From Candidatus Cloacimonadota bacterium (GTDB lineage: Bacteria > Cloacimonadota > Cloacimonadia > G963667145): DNA of 64,000 bases. Positions 41,076 to 51,287 of the stretch are shown one piece after another (the stretch's first letter is position 1; each line of letters begins with the position of its first letter). Both the position numbers and the translations under genes were made by a program. The DNA lies in contig OY762940.1 in the NCBI GenBank assembly GCA_963667255.1, positions 704,001 to 768,000 of the forward strand. Direction: 5' to 3'. The notes below the pieces were generated by a model. That model was not told where the DNA came from. It saw only the letters and a list, made by a program, of their open reading frames with translations, and did no database searches.

Positions 41076-43228
41076 TGAAAAAAGTATTTATCCTCATCTT
41101 TTTGCTTTTAAGTTCACTTGCTTTTGCCCAATTGCCAGATGCTTTGCAGGGGCGATATAAGTTTGTGTTTCCGATGGGAGACGACTTTTATAAAGTCTGT
41201 AATGGCAAATATTGGGGAGTGGTGAATGCAGAGAATGAGTTAGTTATATCTATTGAATTTCAACAGGTAGGTAATTTTTCCGACAACTTGATAGCTGTTA
41301 GGAAGGATAATCGCTGGGGATATCTTGATAGAGACGATAAAGTTGTAATAGATTTCATGTATCAGGAAGCTGATGAATTTGAAGACGGAATTGCTAGAGT
41401 TCGTGCTGATTGGAAGTATGGATATATTAACAAAGAAAATAAAGTAGTTATTCCCATGATATATGATTTGCTGAGTCGTCCGGGGGAAGGTATAATTACT
41501 TACAAAAAGGGTCTTGAATTTGGTATTTTAAATACAGAAGGGAAAAGGCTTACTTCTAAGGAATACTTTCCCAAAGGTCTTCGCAGGATATATTTAAAAG
41601 GTTATTACGGATTTGTAAATACAAAGGGACAAGCGATTATTCCACTACAATACAAGAAACTAGAGCATCTTGTAAAAGATTTTTACAGTTTTTTACTAAA
41701 TGGCAAGGAAGGGATTTTGAATCCCTATACTTTGAAAATTTTGGTGCCTAACGATAAATATGATGAAATTTTGGGATACAAAGATGGATTTTTTTATGTT
41801 GTGAGAGATGGGAAGTATGGCTTAATTGATGATGTTGGGAAGGTAGTAATCGAGCCTAAAGATTATGATTCTATTTGCTATTTTAGAGGGAGAATCGCTA
41901 CGGTGCGTTCTGGTGAAAACTATGGTGTAATTAATCGTGCAGGTGATTTGATAGTCCCAGTCAGATACAAGGAAATTTCCGTGATGGATGATGGCTATAT
42001 TAGGGCATCTAACGAAGGAGACTATTTTCCTATAGGAAGAGGGACAAATGTATATTTCAGTCACAAATTTATAGCAGATACTTTGAGTGATATGTGTGTT
42101 GTTGTTAGTGATGGGATGAGTAAAATCTTGAGTGCGAAAACAGGCAAGTTGCTGACAAAAAAAAGTTATGACTATGTTGATACTACTTTGTATAGAAATT
42201 CTTTGATTTCTATTACGGACAATAAGACTCCCAAGCATTATGGGATGCTGGATATTCGCACAGGGAAAGAGATTGTCCCTATTAAATTTGAATCTTTGAC
42301 AAGAACTCTTTTTGATGATATTTTTATTATAATGGAGGATGGGAAGAAAGGTATAATTTATATTGATAAGGCGAGCTATCATTATATTGTTAAGCCTCAA
42401 TACCAAAAGTTAATTTTGGTGAAGGTTGCTCCCAACCTTCTTAGGATTAGCACGGAAGAGGGATATGGATTGATTTCCGAAGACGGCAAATTTCTTTTGC
42501 CTATGAAATATGATAAAATAACTCCTTTTAATCGGATTGGTCTCAAAGTTGAATTGAACAAAAAGTTTGGGGCTGTTAATGCCGAAGGGAAGATTTATGT
42601 TCCGGTTGAATATATTAGCTTGTCTTCATACGATAATTCCGGCTATTTAATTGCTAAAAAAGTTGATAAATTCGGAGTTTTGGATAATACAGGTCGGGTA
42701 GCTGTGCCATTTAGTTATGATAAAATTTTGCCTCTTTATAATGATGTGGGCATTTGTATGCTTAATGGTGGTTATGGATTTTTGGGACCTAAGGGGAAAA
42801 TACGCATCCCTACCGATTATCAATCTGTTGTGGGGCTGAGTGGCGATTTTGTTCAAGTTCAATTTGCTTATAAGTTTGGAATTATGACCAAAAAAGGGAA
42901 ACTATTAATCAAACCAAGCTTGGATGCAATAATTGACAGGAATGATGGGTTTTTTGCTTTGTCCAAAGATGGCAAATTAGGATTGATGAATAGTGCAGGC
43001 AAGGTAATTACTCCCTTTATCTATAAAAGCATAGGTTCTTTTGCTGAAGGTTATGCGATTGTAAAAAATGAAGGTCGTTGTGGATTTATTGACGAAAGTG
43101 GGCGTGTTCGAATTCCGATTATTTATAATGGAGCGGTCAATTTTAAAGATGGAACAACTTTTGTTGTTTTGAACGGGCAACAATTGAAGATTAATAAAAA
43201 AGGGGAAATTTTACCTTACGTTTATTAA
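41075..43228 (+). CDS. Secreted WG (KWG-Leptospira) repeat protein
   Basis: Signal peptide followed by many K(W/Y/F)G(Y/F/L)I(N/D)xxGxxxIP repeats. Confidence 0.88.
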   Translation: MKKVFILIFLLLSSLAFAQLPDALQGRYKFVFPMGDDFYKVCNGKYWGVVNAENELVISIEFQQVGNFSDNLIAVRKDNRWGYLDRDDKVVIDFMYQEADEFEDGIARVRADWKYGYINKENKVVIPMIYDLLSRPGEGIITYKKGLEFGILNTEGKRLTSKEYFPKGLRRIYLKGYYGFVNTKGQAIIPLQYKKLEHLVKDFYSFLLNGKEGILNPYTLKILVPNDKYDEILGYKDGFFYVVRDGKYGLIDDVGKVVIEPKDYDSICYFRGRIATVRSGENYGVINRAGDLIVPVRYKEISVMDDGYIRASNEGDYFPIGRGTNVYFSHKFIADTLSDMCVVVSDGMSKILSAKTGKLLTKKSYDYVDTTLYRNSLISITDNKTPKHYGMLDIRTGKEIVPIKFESLTRTLFDDIFIIMEDGKKGIIYIDKASYHYIVKPQYQKLILVKVAPNLLRISTEEGYGLISEDGKFLLPMKYDKITPFNRIGLKVELNKKFGAVNAEGKIYVPVEYISLSSYDNSGYLIAKKVDKFGVLDNTGRVAVPFSYDKILPLYNDVGICMLNGGYGFLGPKGKIRIPTDYQSVVGLSGDFVQVQFAYKFGIMTKKGKLLIKPSLDAIIDRNDGFFALSKDGKLGLMNSAGKVITPFIYKSIGSFAEGYAIVKNEGRCGFIDESGRVRIPIIYNGAVNFKDGTTFVVLNGQQLKINKKGEILPYVY

Positions 43229-43388
43229 AGTTTTGTTTTTTGGGGTGCTTTTTTCTAAATTGTAGAATAAAGGCTGAGATGATACTCATATTACCTGATG
43301 CAGATAATGCTGCCGTAGGAATTGATAGAACTCTTGGTTTTTATTTTGAAAAATGGAAGCCGAGAGTTTTTTATTGCGAAGGGAAAAG

Positions 43389-43991
43389 ATGGAAAGATGT
43401 CGTTGGGTTGATTTGAATAGCAAAGAGTATATCGATTATCACGATAAATTTTGGGGTGTTCCTGTTGTCGATGACAGATTGTTGTTTGAAATGTTGTGCT
43501 TGGAGAGTGCTCAAGCCGGTTTGTCATGGCTAACCATATTGAAGAAGCAGCCCAATTATAAATTGGCATTTGATGATTTTGACTCGCAACTTGTTGCAAA
43601 TTATGATCAAACAAAAATAGAAGAACTTTTGGGTAACAAAGGAATTATTAGAAATAAGAGAAAAGTTTTGTCCTGCATACGAAATGCAAAAGTGTTTTTG
43701 GAAATTCAAAAGGAGTTTTCGAGTTTTGCTTATTACTTATGGAGATTTGTAGATTTTACCCCTTTTGATAGTAAAATAGAGAATAGTCAGCAGTTACCGA
43801 TTTGGACGCCCCTTGCCAAGGAGGTATCTGCTGATCTAATAAAGAGAGGAATGAATTTTGTCGGTCCAACGATTATTTACTCTTTCTTGCAGGCTGTAGG
43901 CGTGGTTAACGACCATATAGTGTCTTGCTTCCGTTACGAAGAAGTTAAGGGGTTAGAGCACATTGTAAGAGAAAAATTGATTGAGAACTAA
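43389..43991 (+). CDS. tag: DNA-3-methyladenine glycosylase I
   Basis: RCRW, YHDKFWG, LESAQAGLSW, GIIRNKRK, FVGPT, NDHIVSC. Confidence 0.95.
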   Translation: MERCRWVDLNSKEYIDYHDKFWGVPVVDDRLLFEMLCLESAQAGLSWLTILKKQPNYKLAFDDFDSQLVANYDQTKIEELLGNKGIIRNKRKVLSCIRNAKVFLEIQKEFSSFAYYLWRFVDFTPFDSKIENSQQLPIWTPLAKEVSADLIKRGMNFVGPTIIYSFLQAVGVVNDHIVSCFRYEEVKGLEHIVREKLIEN

Positions 43992-44006
43992 AAGAGGATT
44001 TTTTTC

Positions 44007-44037
44007 TTGACATTATTTAGTCATTTAGCTAAATAAT
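44007..44037 (+). promoter_or_regulatory. Sigma70-type promoter (-35 TTGACA) overlapped by a perfect 9-8-9 inverted repeat (candidate ArsR operator)
   Basis: TTGACA at 44007-44012; ATTATTTAG-N8-CTAAATAAT at 44012-44037; an ArsR gene lies in the downstream cluster. Confidence 0.7.
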
Positions 44038-44072
44038 TAAAATGCAAAAGTAAACATTTAGGAGGAAATGAT

Positions 44073-45428
44073 ATGAAAAATTATGATGTGGTAATTATCG
44101 GAAGCAGTGCAGCCGGCTTGGCTACGGCTTTGACGGGGAAAAATGCTCATCCTGAGAAAAGTTTTGTGGTGATAACGAGAAATGAGCAGACTTTGGTTCC
44201 CTGTGGGATTCCCTACATTTTTGGCTCTTTGCCCTCATCTGATAAGGACATTATGCCTGTAAAAGCTAAGTTTGATGCTGCAGGAATTGAGATGATTGTT
44301 GACGAGGTTGTTTCTATTGAGCGAGAAAAAAAAGATTGTTCTTTGCTTTCGGGAGAAAAAATCGGCTACGATAAGTTGGTAATTGCCACTGGCTCAAATC
44401 CGGTAGTGCCTAAATGGCTTTCCGGTGCAAATTTGCCTGGAGTTTTTGCTGTTCCTAAAGATAAAAAATATTTGGATATAATGAACGAAGCCTTGCAAAA
44501 ATGTGATAAAATTGTGGTTTTGGGAGCTGGCTTTATCGGTCTTGAAATTTCAGATGAGTTGAATAAAAAAGGAAAATCTGTTACTTTGGTTGAAAAGTTG
44601 GACACAGTTTTGCCTTTGGCTTTTGACAAAGATATTGCCAGTAAGGTTGAAGAGTTGTTGATCTCGCGAGGAGTGAAAGTTGCTACGGGCAAATCCGTAG
44701 AAAGCATTGTGGAGAAAGACGGAAAAGTGGTTGGTGTGTCTCTGGAAGACGGAAGTGTTTTGGATGCCGATGCGGTAATTCTTGCCGTCGGCTACAAACC
44801 TGATATCAGCTTGGGCGAGACCGCAAAACTTGGAATGAGCGAGTTGGGATTTATTCAAGTTGATGAATATATGCGGACTTCCGACAAGAGCATTTTTGCT
44901 GTCGGAGATTGTGCGGCGAAACACAATTTTGTTACTCGCAAGGCTATCGGCACGATGTTGGCTTCAATCGCTGCTTCGGAGGGTAGAACCGCCGGTTTGA
45001 ACCTCTTCGGTTTGACTTCGCTCAAAACTTTCAATGGAGCAATTTCCATTTTTTCTTCAGCCTTGGGAGATTATGGTTTTGGAGTTGCAGGAGTTACCGA
45101 AAAGTTTGCCGAAGAAGAAGGGATAGCTTTTGTTGTCGGTAGTTTCGAGGGCTTGGACAAACATCCGGGGACTTTGCCCGATACCAAAAAGCAATATGTC
45201 AAACTCGTGGTTGCCAAAGATTCCGGCTTGATTTTGGGCGGTGCAGTTTACGGCGGAATTTCCAGTGGCGAGTTTACCAATGTTTTAGGGTTCATCGTTC
45301 AAAACAAAATGACGGTTTACTCGCTAATGATTTCGCAAATCGGAACTCATCCGCTATTGACAGATTCTCCAATAGGTTATGCTTTGATAAAATCTGCTGC
45401 TGTAGCAATGGGAAAATTGCGAAAATAG
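44073..45428 (+). CDS. FAD-dependent NAD(P)H oxidase / CoA-disulfide reductase family
   Basis: GSSAAG, single redox Cys in PCGIPY, IATGS, GAGFIGLE, FAVGDC. Confidence 0.88.
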   Translation: MKNYDVVIIGSSAAGLATALTGKNAHPEKSFVVITRNEQTLVPCGIPYIFGSLPSSDKDIMPVKAKFDAAGIEMIVDEVVSIEREKKDCSLLSGEKIGYDKLVIATGSNPVVPKWLSGANLPGVFAVPKDKKYLDIMNEALQKCDKIVVLGAGFIGLEISDELNKKGKSVTLVEKLDTVLPLAFDKDIASKVEELLISRGVKVATGKSVESIVEKDGKVVGVSLEDGSVLDADAVILAVGYKPDISLGETAKLGMSELGFIQVDEYMRTSDKSIFAVGDCAAKHNFVTRKAIGTMLASIAASEGRTAGLNLFGLTSLKTFNGAISIFSSALGDYGFGVAGVTEKFAEEEGIAFVVGSFEGLDKHPGTLPDTKKQYVKLVVAKDSGLILGGAVYGGISSGEFTNVLGFIVQNKMTVYSLMISQIGTHPLLTDSPIGYALIKSAAVAMGKLRK

Positions 45429-45454
45429 TTTAGGAAGGAATTTGGGAAAAAAGA

Positions 45455-46408
45455 ATGGATTTGAACAAAGAGATTGAAATGAGCAGATTGCAAAATTTCC
45501 CCATATCCTTTTTGGCAATTTGTTTAGGATTGATAGGCTTTACTCTTGCTTGGCAAAAAGCAGAACATATTCTTCATTTACCTTTTGTCATAAGTGATTG
45601 CCTTCTATACTTTTCGCTATCAATTATAATGATTGTTGTCTTGATATATTTATTGAAAACCATAAAATATCCTATGGAAGTTAAAAAGGAATTTAATCAT
45701 CCCATCAAACTGAATTTCTATCCGATAACTGCTAAAATCCTTCTTATTATAAGTTTGATTTATCTTGGGATAGATGTGGCGATTTCCAAATATTTTTGGT
45801 GGGCAGGAGTTGTGGTGCAATTTGTTTTGACCATCATCATAATGTCTGTTTGGATTAGGCATGAAAAGTTTAAAATTGAACATATCAATCCTTCGTGGTT
45901 TATTCCGATTGCAGGAATTAAGTATTTTAATCCTGAATTGTCATGGTTCTTTTTTGCAATTGGCTTGTTTTGGTGGCTCATTTTGACAACGATTGTTTTC
46001 AATAGAATTATTTTTCATCAACCGATTGCCGAAAAATTGATACCAACTATGTTTATTTTGTTTGCTCCGCCAATGATAGGATTTATTGCCTTGACAAAAT
46101 TATTGGGAGGCTTAACTCCTTTGGGGAATTTACTTTACTATTTCGGATTATTTTTGTTTATCTTGATTTTGTTTCAAGCAAAAATGTTTGCAAAATTGAA
46201 GTTCAATTTGCCTTGGTGGGCTTATTCTTTTCCCTTAGATGCTTTGGCGATAGCCACTTTATTGATGTATGAAGAAACAAAATTTGGATTTTTTTATGGA
46301 TTGTCATGGGCAGTTTTTGGGTTTTTGAATTTAATGATTTTGTTGTTGATTGGTAAAACGATATTTGCAATAAAAGGAAAAAAATTTTGTGTTGCAGAAA
46401 ATGAGTAA
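45455..46408 (+). CDS. SLAC1/TDT (TehA-like) anion channel
   Basis: FPISFLAI, EFNHPIKLNF, INPSWFIP, PTMFILFAPP, WWAYSFP. Confidence 0.9.
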   Translation: MDLNKEIEMSRLQNFPISFLAICLGLIGFTLAWQKAEHILHLPFVISDCLLYFSLSIIMIVVLIYLLKTIKYPMEVKKEFNHPIKLNFYPITAKILLIISLIYLGIDVAISKYFWWAGVVVQFVLTIIIMSVWIRHEKFKIEHINPSWFIPIAGIKYFNPELSWFFFAIGLFWWLILTTIVFNRIIFHQPIAEKLIPTMFILFAPPMIGFIALTKLLGGLTPLGNLLYYFGLFLFILILFQAKMFAKLKFNLPWWAYSFPLDALAIATLLMYEETKFGFFYGLSWAVFGFLNLMILLLIGKTIFAIKGKKFCVAENE

Positions 46409-46438
46409 AATTAATATAGAGAAAATTAGGAGAAAAAA

Positions 46439-46741
46439 ATGAATTTGAACAAAGATAATTTTAAGGAAGTAACCGCCAAAGGAGTGGTTTTGATAGATTT
46501 TTGGGCTCCTTGGTGTGGACCTTGCAGAATGCTCTCACCAGTGATTGACGAATTGGAGCAAGAGGTTTCGGGAGTAACTTTTGCCAAAGTGAATGTAGAT
46601 GAAAATCCGGAACTTTCTCAAGAGTTTGGAGTGATGAGTATTCCTGCGGTTTTCATTTTGAAAGATGGCAAAAAAGTTGATGAATTTGTGGGAGTTAAGC
46701 CAAAAAATGCAATTATTGAAAAATTGAATGCTGTAAAATAG
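46439..46741 (+). CDS. trxA: Thioredoxin
   Basis: [13 protein letters not shown] cis-Pro loop. Confidence 0.97.
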   Translation: MNLNKDNFKEVTAKGVVLIDFWAPWCGPCRMLSPVIDELEQEVSGVTFAKVNVDENPELSQEFGVMSIPAVFILKDGKKVDEFVGVKPKNAIIEKLNAVK

Positions 46742-46749
46742 GTAATTCT

Positions 46750-47109
46750 GTGAACGATTATTTGTTGATTTTTAAAGCTCTATCACACAAAACAAGGCTT
46801 CAGATTGTTTTAATGCTCCGAAAAAAAAGTTTGTGTGTTCATCAAATCACGGAATTGGTAGGTTGTTCTATGGCAACGATTTCCACTCATCTAAAGATTT
46901 TGAAAGATGCCAATTTGATAATTTCCGAGAAAGTCGATCAGCATGTTTACTACAAAACTAATTGTGTGAATTGCGGAGAAAATTGTTATCTTTGCAAGAT
47001 TTTCGATGAGATGTTGGTTGATGAGGGAACTTCCCGTTTATTGGACGAAGTGAAGAAAAAATATTCGGGAGAAATTCATAATTGCCCTAAAAAAAGAACA
47101 AGTTCATAG
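46750..47109 (+). CDS. ArsR/SmtB family transcriptional regulator
   Basis: FKALSHKTRLQI, LCVHQI, STHLKILK; Cys-rich C-terminus. Confidence 0.92.
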   Translation: MNDYLLIFKALSHKTRLQIVLMLRKKSLCVHQITELVGCSMATISTHLKILKDANLIISEKVDQHVYYKTNCVNCGENCYLCKIFDEMLVDEGTSRLLDEVKKKYSGEIHNCPKKRTSS

Positions 47110-47153
47110 TTTTGTAATTGGCTTAATTTATTGAGGTTATTAGTTTTAAAAGT

Positions 47154-47197
47154 TCAGCGGGCAAGTATTTTATTTTCTTGTCCGTTGATTTTATTTT
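47154..47197 (+). terminator. Probable intrinsic terminator
   Basis: TCAGCGGGCAAG / CTTGTCCGTTGA stem (with G-U pairs) followed by a T-rich tract. Confidence 0.6.
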
Positions 47198-47226
47198 GGA
47201 TAATTTTGGAAAGTTTGGGATAAAAA

Positions 47227-47547
47227 ATGGCAGTAAATAAGGTTGATAAAGCGGTGGAAAATTTTCGCTCGGGGCTAAATTGTGCTCAGGCGATAGTGAA
47301 AAATTATGACGAAAACAAGGTTGAACAATTTTCGGATTTTGGTAGCGGAGATGCTCCCGAAGGAATGTGTGGAGCCTTATTTGGCGGGCTAACTATCTTG
47401 GAAGACAAAGAGTTACAAGATAAATTGAGAAATGAATTTGAAGATGCTGCTGGAAGTGACAAATGCATCAGGTTTACCAAAGACCGCAGATTGTCTTGCA
47501 CAAAAAGAGTTGTGTTGGTGCAAAAAATTTTGGACGAGTTGTTTTAA
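47227..47547 (+). CDS. C-GCAxxG-C-C family putative redox protein
   Basis: NCAQA, GMCGALFG and two further Cys. Confidence 0.8.
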   Translation: MAVNKVDKAVENFRSGLNCAQAIVKNYDENKVEQFSDFGSGDAPEGMCGALFGGLTILEDKELQDKLRNEFEDAAGSDKCIRFTKDRRLSCTKRVVLVQKILDELF

Positions 47548-47551
47548 TAAG

Positions 47552-47911
47552 ATGAAAGTTTTAATTTTAGGGGCTTCCCAAAAGCCTGAAAGGTATTCGC
47601 ATCAAGCTATGAATCTCTTGTTGGAGAAAGGTCATGAGGTGGTGCTTGTGCATCCCAAGTTGCAAGAGATAGACGGGAGAAAAGTTTATAATGCCGTAGA
47701 AGAGGTAAAATTTGCTGTGGATACTGTTACAATGTATATCAATCCGAGATTTTTGGACAAAATGAAAGAGGCTATTGTCAAGCTTGCTCCCCGCAGAATT
47801 ATTTTTAATCCCGGTTCTGAAGATGAAGATTTGATTTGTTTTTTCAAGGATAAGGGCATAATTGTTGTAGAGGCTTGCACTTTGGTTATGCTAAAAACAA
47901 ATATTTTTTAG
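47552..47911 (+). CDS. CoA-binding domain protein (YccU-like)
   Basis: LGASQKPERYS, VDTVTMY, IFNPGSE, EACTLVML; start moved to ATG 47552. Confidence 0.87.
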   Translation: MKVLILGASQKPERYSHQAMNLLLEKGHEVVLVHPKLQEIDGRKVYNAVEEVKFAVDTVTMYINPRFLDKMKEAIVKLAPRRIIFNPGSEDEDLICFFKDKGIIVVEACTLVMLKTNIF

Positions 47912-47995
47912 GGGAAATTAGTGAAGAGTAGATTGGCTTTTTTATTTATTAAAAAAATACTGAATTAATACAATAAATTTTAATGAGATAAAAAA

Positions 47996-49210
47996 ATGAT
48001 TTTATTAAATTTTTTTCAAAACTTTTGGCAATTTTATACAGAAGTGGCTTTTTATTTGGTTTTGGGCTTTTTGATAGCGGGAGTTTTGCATTTCTTTTTT
48101 CCTGAAAAAATTGTTAGAGAGCAATTGGGGAAAGGCAATATTTGGTCAGTGCTAAAGGCGACGATTTTTGGGATTCCCGTTCCAATTTGTTCATGCGGAG
48201 TGATTCCCGTTGCTCAAGGAATGAGGCGAAGCGGGGCTTCCAAAGGTGCGAGTTTGTCTTTTATGATTACCACTCCGCAAAATGGTGCAGACAGTTTTTT
48301 GATTTCTTACTCACTTTTGGGACCGATTTTTGCTGTGGCAAGGATTGTGGCTTCTTTTTTTACAGGTGTGATTACTGGAGTTTTGACCAATTTTTTGGTG
48401 AAAGATGACCAAGAAATAGAGACTTCTAAGCAAACTTGCAATGTGGAAAATAAAAGAAATTTGCTCTCGTTTTTTGCCTATATTCAAAATGAGCTTTTCG
48501 GCTCTATCGCCAATTCTTTGGTAGTTGGGCTTGTTTTGGCAGGTTTGATTTCGTGGCTTGTTCCTCCCAATTTTTTTCAAGAATATTTGAGCGACAACTT
48601 CCTTTCCATGTTGATAATGGTGGTAGTCGGCATTCCGCTGTATGTTTGCTCGGCATCGTCCACTCCCATAGCAGCCAGTTTGGTTTTCAAGGGAATTAGC
48701 CCCGGAGCAGCTTTGGTTTTTTTGCTCACCGGACCTGCCACAAATATGGTGACCATCAGTTCTGTTTTGAAGTCTTACGGAAAAAAGGCTTTGCTCATTT
48801 ATCTCGGTTCGATTGCCGTTGTCAGTATAATTTTTGGCTATCTTTTGAATTTGCTACTTGTCGATGTGAGTTTTGTCAAAATTGCTGCTCATCACAAAGG
48901 GCTGACATCTTGGCTGGTTTATTTGGGGATAATTGCCTTGAGCTTGATGTTTGCTATCCATTATGGGAAAAAATTGCAGGAGAAATTTCATAAAGACAAA
49001 AATAGTTCCGATAAGATGAAACTTTACATTTCCAATATGAAGTGTGAGCATTGCAAGAGCGGAGTTTTGCAAGCTTTAGAAAATGTGTCGGGAATTAGCG
49101 ATATTCAAGTTGATTTGAGAAGCAAAACAGCAAGTTTCACCTGCTCGGGAAATTCTCACCAAGAAAAAGTTAGAAAAGCGATTACCGATGCAGGATTTGA
49201 TTTGGGGTAA
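47996..49210 (+). CDS. DUF318/ArsP-type permease (SO_0444-like) with C-terminal HMA metal-binding domain
   Basis: PICSCGVIP, PLYVCSASSTP, GPATN; C-terminal MKCEHC...AITDAGF. Confidence 0.88.
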   Translation: MILLNFFQNFWQFYTEVAFYLVLGFLIAGVLHFFFPEKIVREQLGKGNIWSVLKATIFGIPVPICSCGVIPVAQGMRRSGASKGASLSFMITTPQNGADSFLISYSLLGPIFAVARIVASFFTGVITGVLTNFLVKDDQEIETSKQTCNVENKRNLLSFFAYIQNELFGSIANSLVVGLVLAGLISWLVPPNFFQEYLSDNFLSMLIMVVVGIPLYVCSASSTPIAASLVFKGISPGAALVFLLTGPATNMVTISSVLKSYGKKALLIYLGSIAVVSIIFGYLLNLLLVDVSFVKIAAHHKGLTSWLVYLGIIALSLMFAIHYGKKLQEKFHKDKNSSDKMKLYISNMKCEHCKSGVLQALENVSGISDIQVDLRSKTASFTCSGNSHQEKVRKAITDAGFDLG

Positions 49211-49738
49211 AATTTCTTTTCAGTTGATTTATGATAGTTTCGGTTAGCAGGCGGACAGACATTCCCTCTTTTTTCGGAGATTGGTTTATAGATAAAGTTC
49301 GGAAAGGTTTTGCTTTGGTGCAGTCGCTGTATGATAGCAATCTCTTGTCTAAGGTGTTACTCACTACCGAAGTTGTTGATTGCTTTGTGTTTATGAGCAA
49401 AAATCCCGCTCCCTTTTTATCGCATTTGGATTTTTTGGATTTGCGTGGATACCGATATTTCTTTCATTTTACGCTCAATCCTTACGATAAATCTATCGAG
49501 AAAAATTTGCCCGACAAAGAATTTTTGGTTGAGACTTTCAAGACTTTTAGCAAGAAGATTGGGAAAGAGAGGATGCTTTGGCGTTACGACCCGATAATTT
49601 TCGGAGAAGAGATGGGCGTTGATTTTCATCTTTTGCAGTTTGAGAAATTTTGTAACGCACTGACCAGTTACACGGGAAAGTGCTTTGTCAGTTTTCTTGA
49701 TTTTTATTCTAAGGTTTCCAAGATTTTGCTAAAAAATA

Positions 49739-50849
49739 GGGAGTGTGCAAATAACTGGGTCTGAAATAAGACCTAATTATGTTTGACAGAATAAGTTATG
49801 AACATTTATTAAAATGCCATGAGTATAATCAAAAAAAACGCTGTCCAAATTGTGATAGCTTAAACACAAAAAAGAAGGGATATATTTTCTCTGAAAGAAC
49901 AACTAATCGTGGGAAAATTAAAGTCAAAACTCAACGATTTTATTGTAAAGATTGCCAAATAAGTTTTACCAATTTTGGATATAATAAGAGAACTCATTTT
50001 GCACCAAAATTCAAAGATAAGGTTGTTACTGACTATATTTCAACCAAAAGTTCTCTTTCTGAAGTTGCTAAAAGACATGGGATTTGTAAAAATAGTACTC
50101 TTAATTGGATACCTCAGCGAGCTAATTTATATCAGGATAATGTGTTACACAGCAATATAGATGAGACAACAATTTATATTGATGGCAAGGAAATTAAGAT
50201 AAACGGTAAGCGAAAAGTTGTCTTAGTCGCCAGTAGCAAACTACTTGATAAACCAATATATTACAAGATTTATGATAGAGAACATAGTAGTTCATCTGAA
50301 GACTTTTTGAATAGACTAAAAAAAATGTATGACAACAAAATAATTGGGATTGTGTCAGATTTTGGGCGAGGGAAGTGCTTTGTTAAGCCAGTTAACCAAC
50401 TTTTTGAAGATGTTCCACATCAAATTTGCTTGGTTCATTATTTAAGAAGCGTTAATATCAATGTTCCTAAAACAAAAAAGAGTAAGTTTTTTAGACGAAA
50501 TATTTTCTTTAAGAACTTGATTAAGAGCATTTTAAATGCTGAAACTTTACAAGAAGCTGAAAATAATTTAAGTTCGCTTAATCACTATGAAAAATTTTTT
50601 CGCCTAAAAATTCATAAGCGTTTTATTAAATCAATTAATCGAAACTTTGGTTTATTAACTGCTCATTTTCATTACGATTTTTTGGATAAAACAACAAATA
50701 AAATTGAAAATATTAATCGACAATTGAATAGGAAATTAAAAAATTTAGACGGATTTAAATCTGAAAAAAATATGAATCATTTTTTGAAAATTTGGTTCAA
50801 TAATTATTCAAAAGGAGTGGAAATTAGACCCAATTAAATGCACGCTCCC
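49739..50849 (+). mobile_element. IS256-family (Zn-ribbon / IS1249-like) insertion sequence, 1111 bp, copy 1
   Basis: 24-bp imperfect TIRs (GGGAGTGTGCAAATAACTGGGTCT vs reverse complement GGGAGCGTGCATTTAATTGGGTCT); 8-bp TSD AAAAAATA at 49731-49738 and 50850-50857. Confidence 0.93.
49779..50837 (+). CDS. Transposase (N-terminal CxxC...CxxC, Mutator/IS256-type DDE)
   Basis: CPNC...CKDC, YIDG, VSDFG, HQICLVHYLR (CxxH), TTNKIENIN. Confidence 0.9.
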   Translation: MFDRISYEHLLKCHEYNQKKRCPNCDSLNTKKKGYIFSERTTNRGKIKVKTQRFYCKDCQISFTNFGYNKRTHFAPKFKDKVVTDYISTKSSLSEVAKRHGICKNSTLNWIPQRANLYQDNVLHSNIDETTIYIDGKEIKINGKRKVVLVASSKLLDKPIYYKIYDREHSSSSEDFLNRLKKMYDNKIIGIVSDFGRGKCFVKPVNQLFEDVPHQICLVHYLRSVNINVPKTKKSKFFRRNIFFKNLIKSILNAETLQEAENNLSSLNHYEKFFRLKIHKRFIKSINRNFGLLTAHFHYDFLDKTTNKIENINRQLNRKLKNLDGFKSEKNMNHFLKIWFNNYSKGVEIRPN

Positions 50850-51287
50850 AAAAAATAAGTTTTATCCTCCAACTGAAGAAGCGAAAATTGAGCTCTTGGA
50901 GAAGATGAAAATCGTTGCGGACAAATATGGGATTGAGCTTAATGTGTGCGGTTGTGAGGGAGATTATTCCCATTTGGGTGTGAAAAATAATGGTTGTATC
51001 AGTCTCGGATATTTGCAAAATCTTATAGGCGAAGAGTTGAAAATTGGCGATGACAATAGTGGTCGTTCGGGCTGTAAATGCGTTGAAGTTGTGGATATCG
51101 GCACTTACAATGTTTGCTCCCACAATTGCCTCTATTGCTATGCGAACGGGACGAAAGCGGAGATGGATTACAAATTGGCGGATTACAATCCCGAGTCGCC
51201 AGCCTTGTGTGGTAGAGTGAAATCGTCCCAAACCATAAAATTGTTCTCTAAAAGTTATTCAAATATTACGGGGCAACGGCAGATTTT

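Noticed and set aside
41075..43228. WG-repeat gene as a DGR target or repeat array
   Set aside because: The repeats are degenerate protein-level repeats, and no reverse transcriptase or template repeat is present in the window.
43279..43416. Possible 45-aa small ORF upstream of tag
   Set aside because: It has no recognisable motif or clear SD and overlaps tag out of frame, so it cannot be supported.
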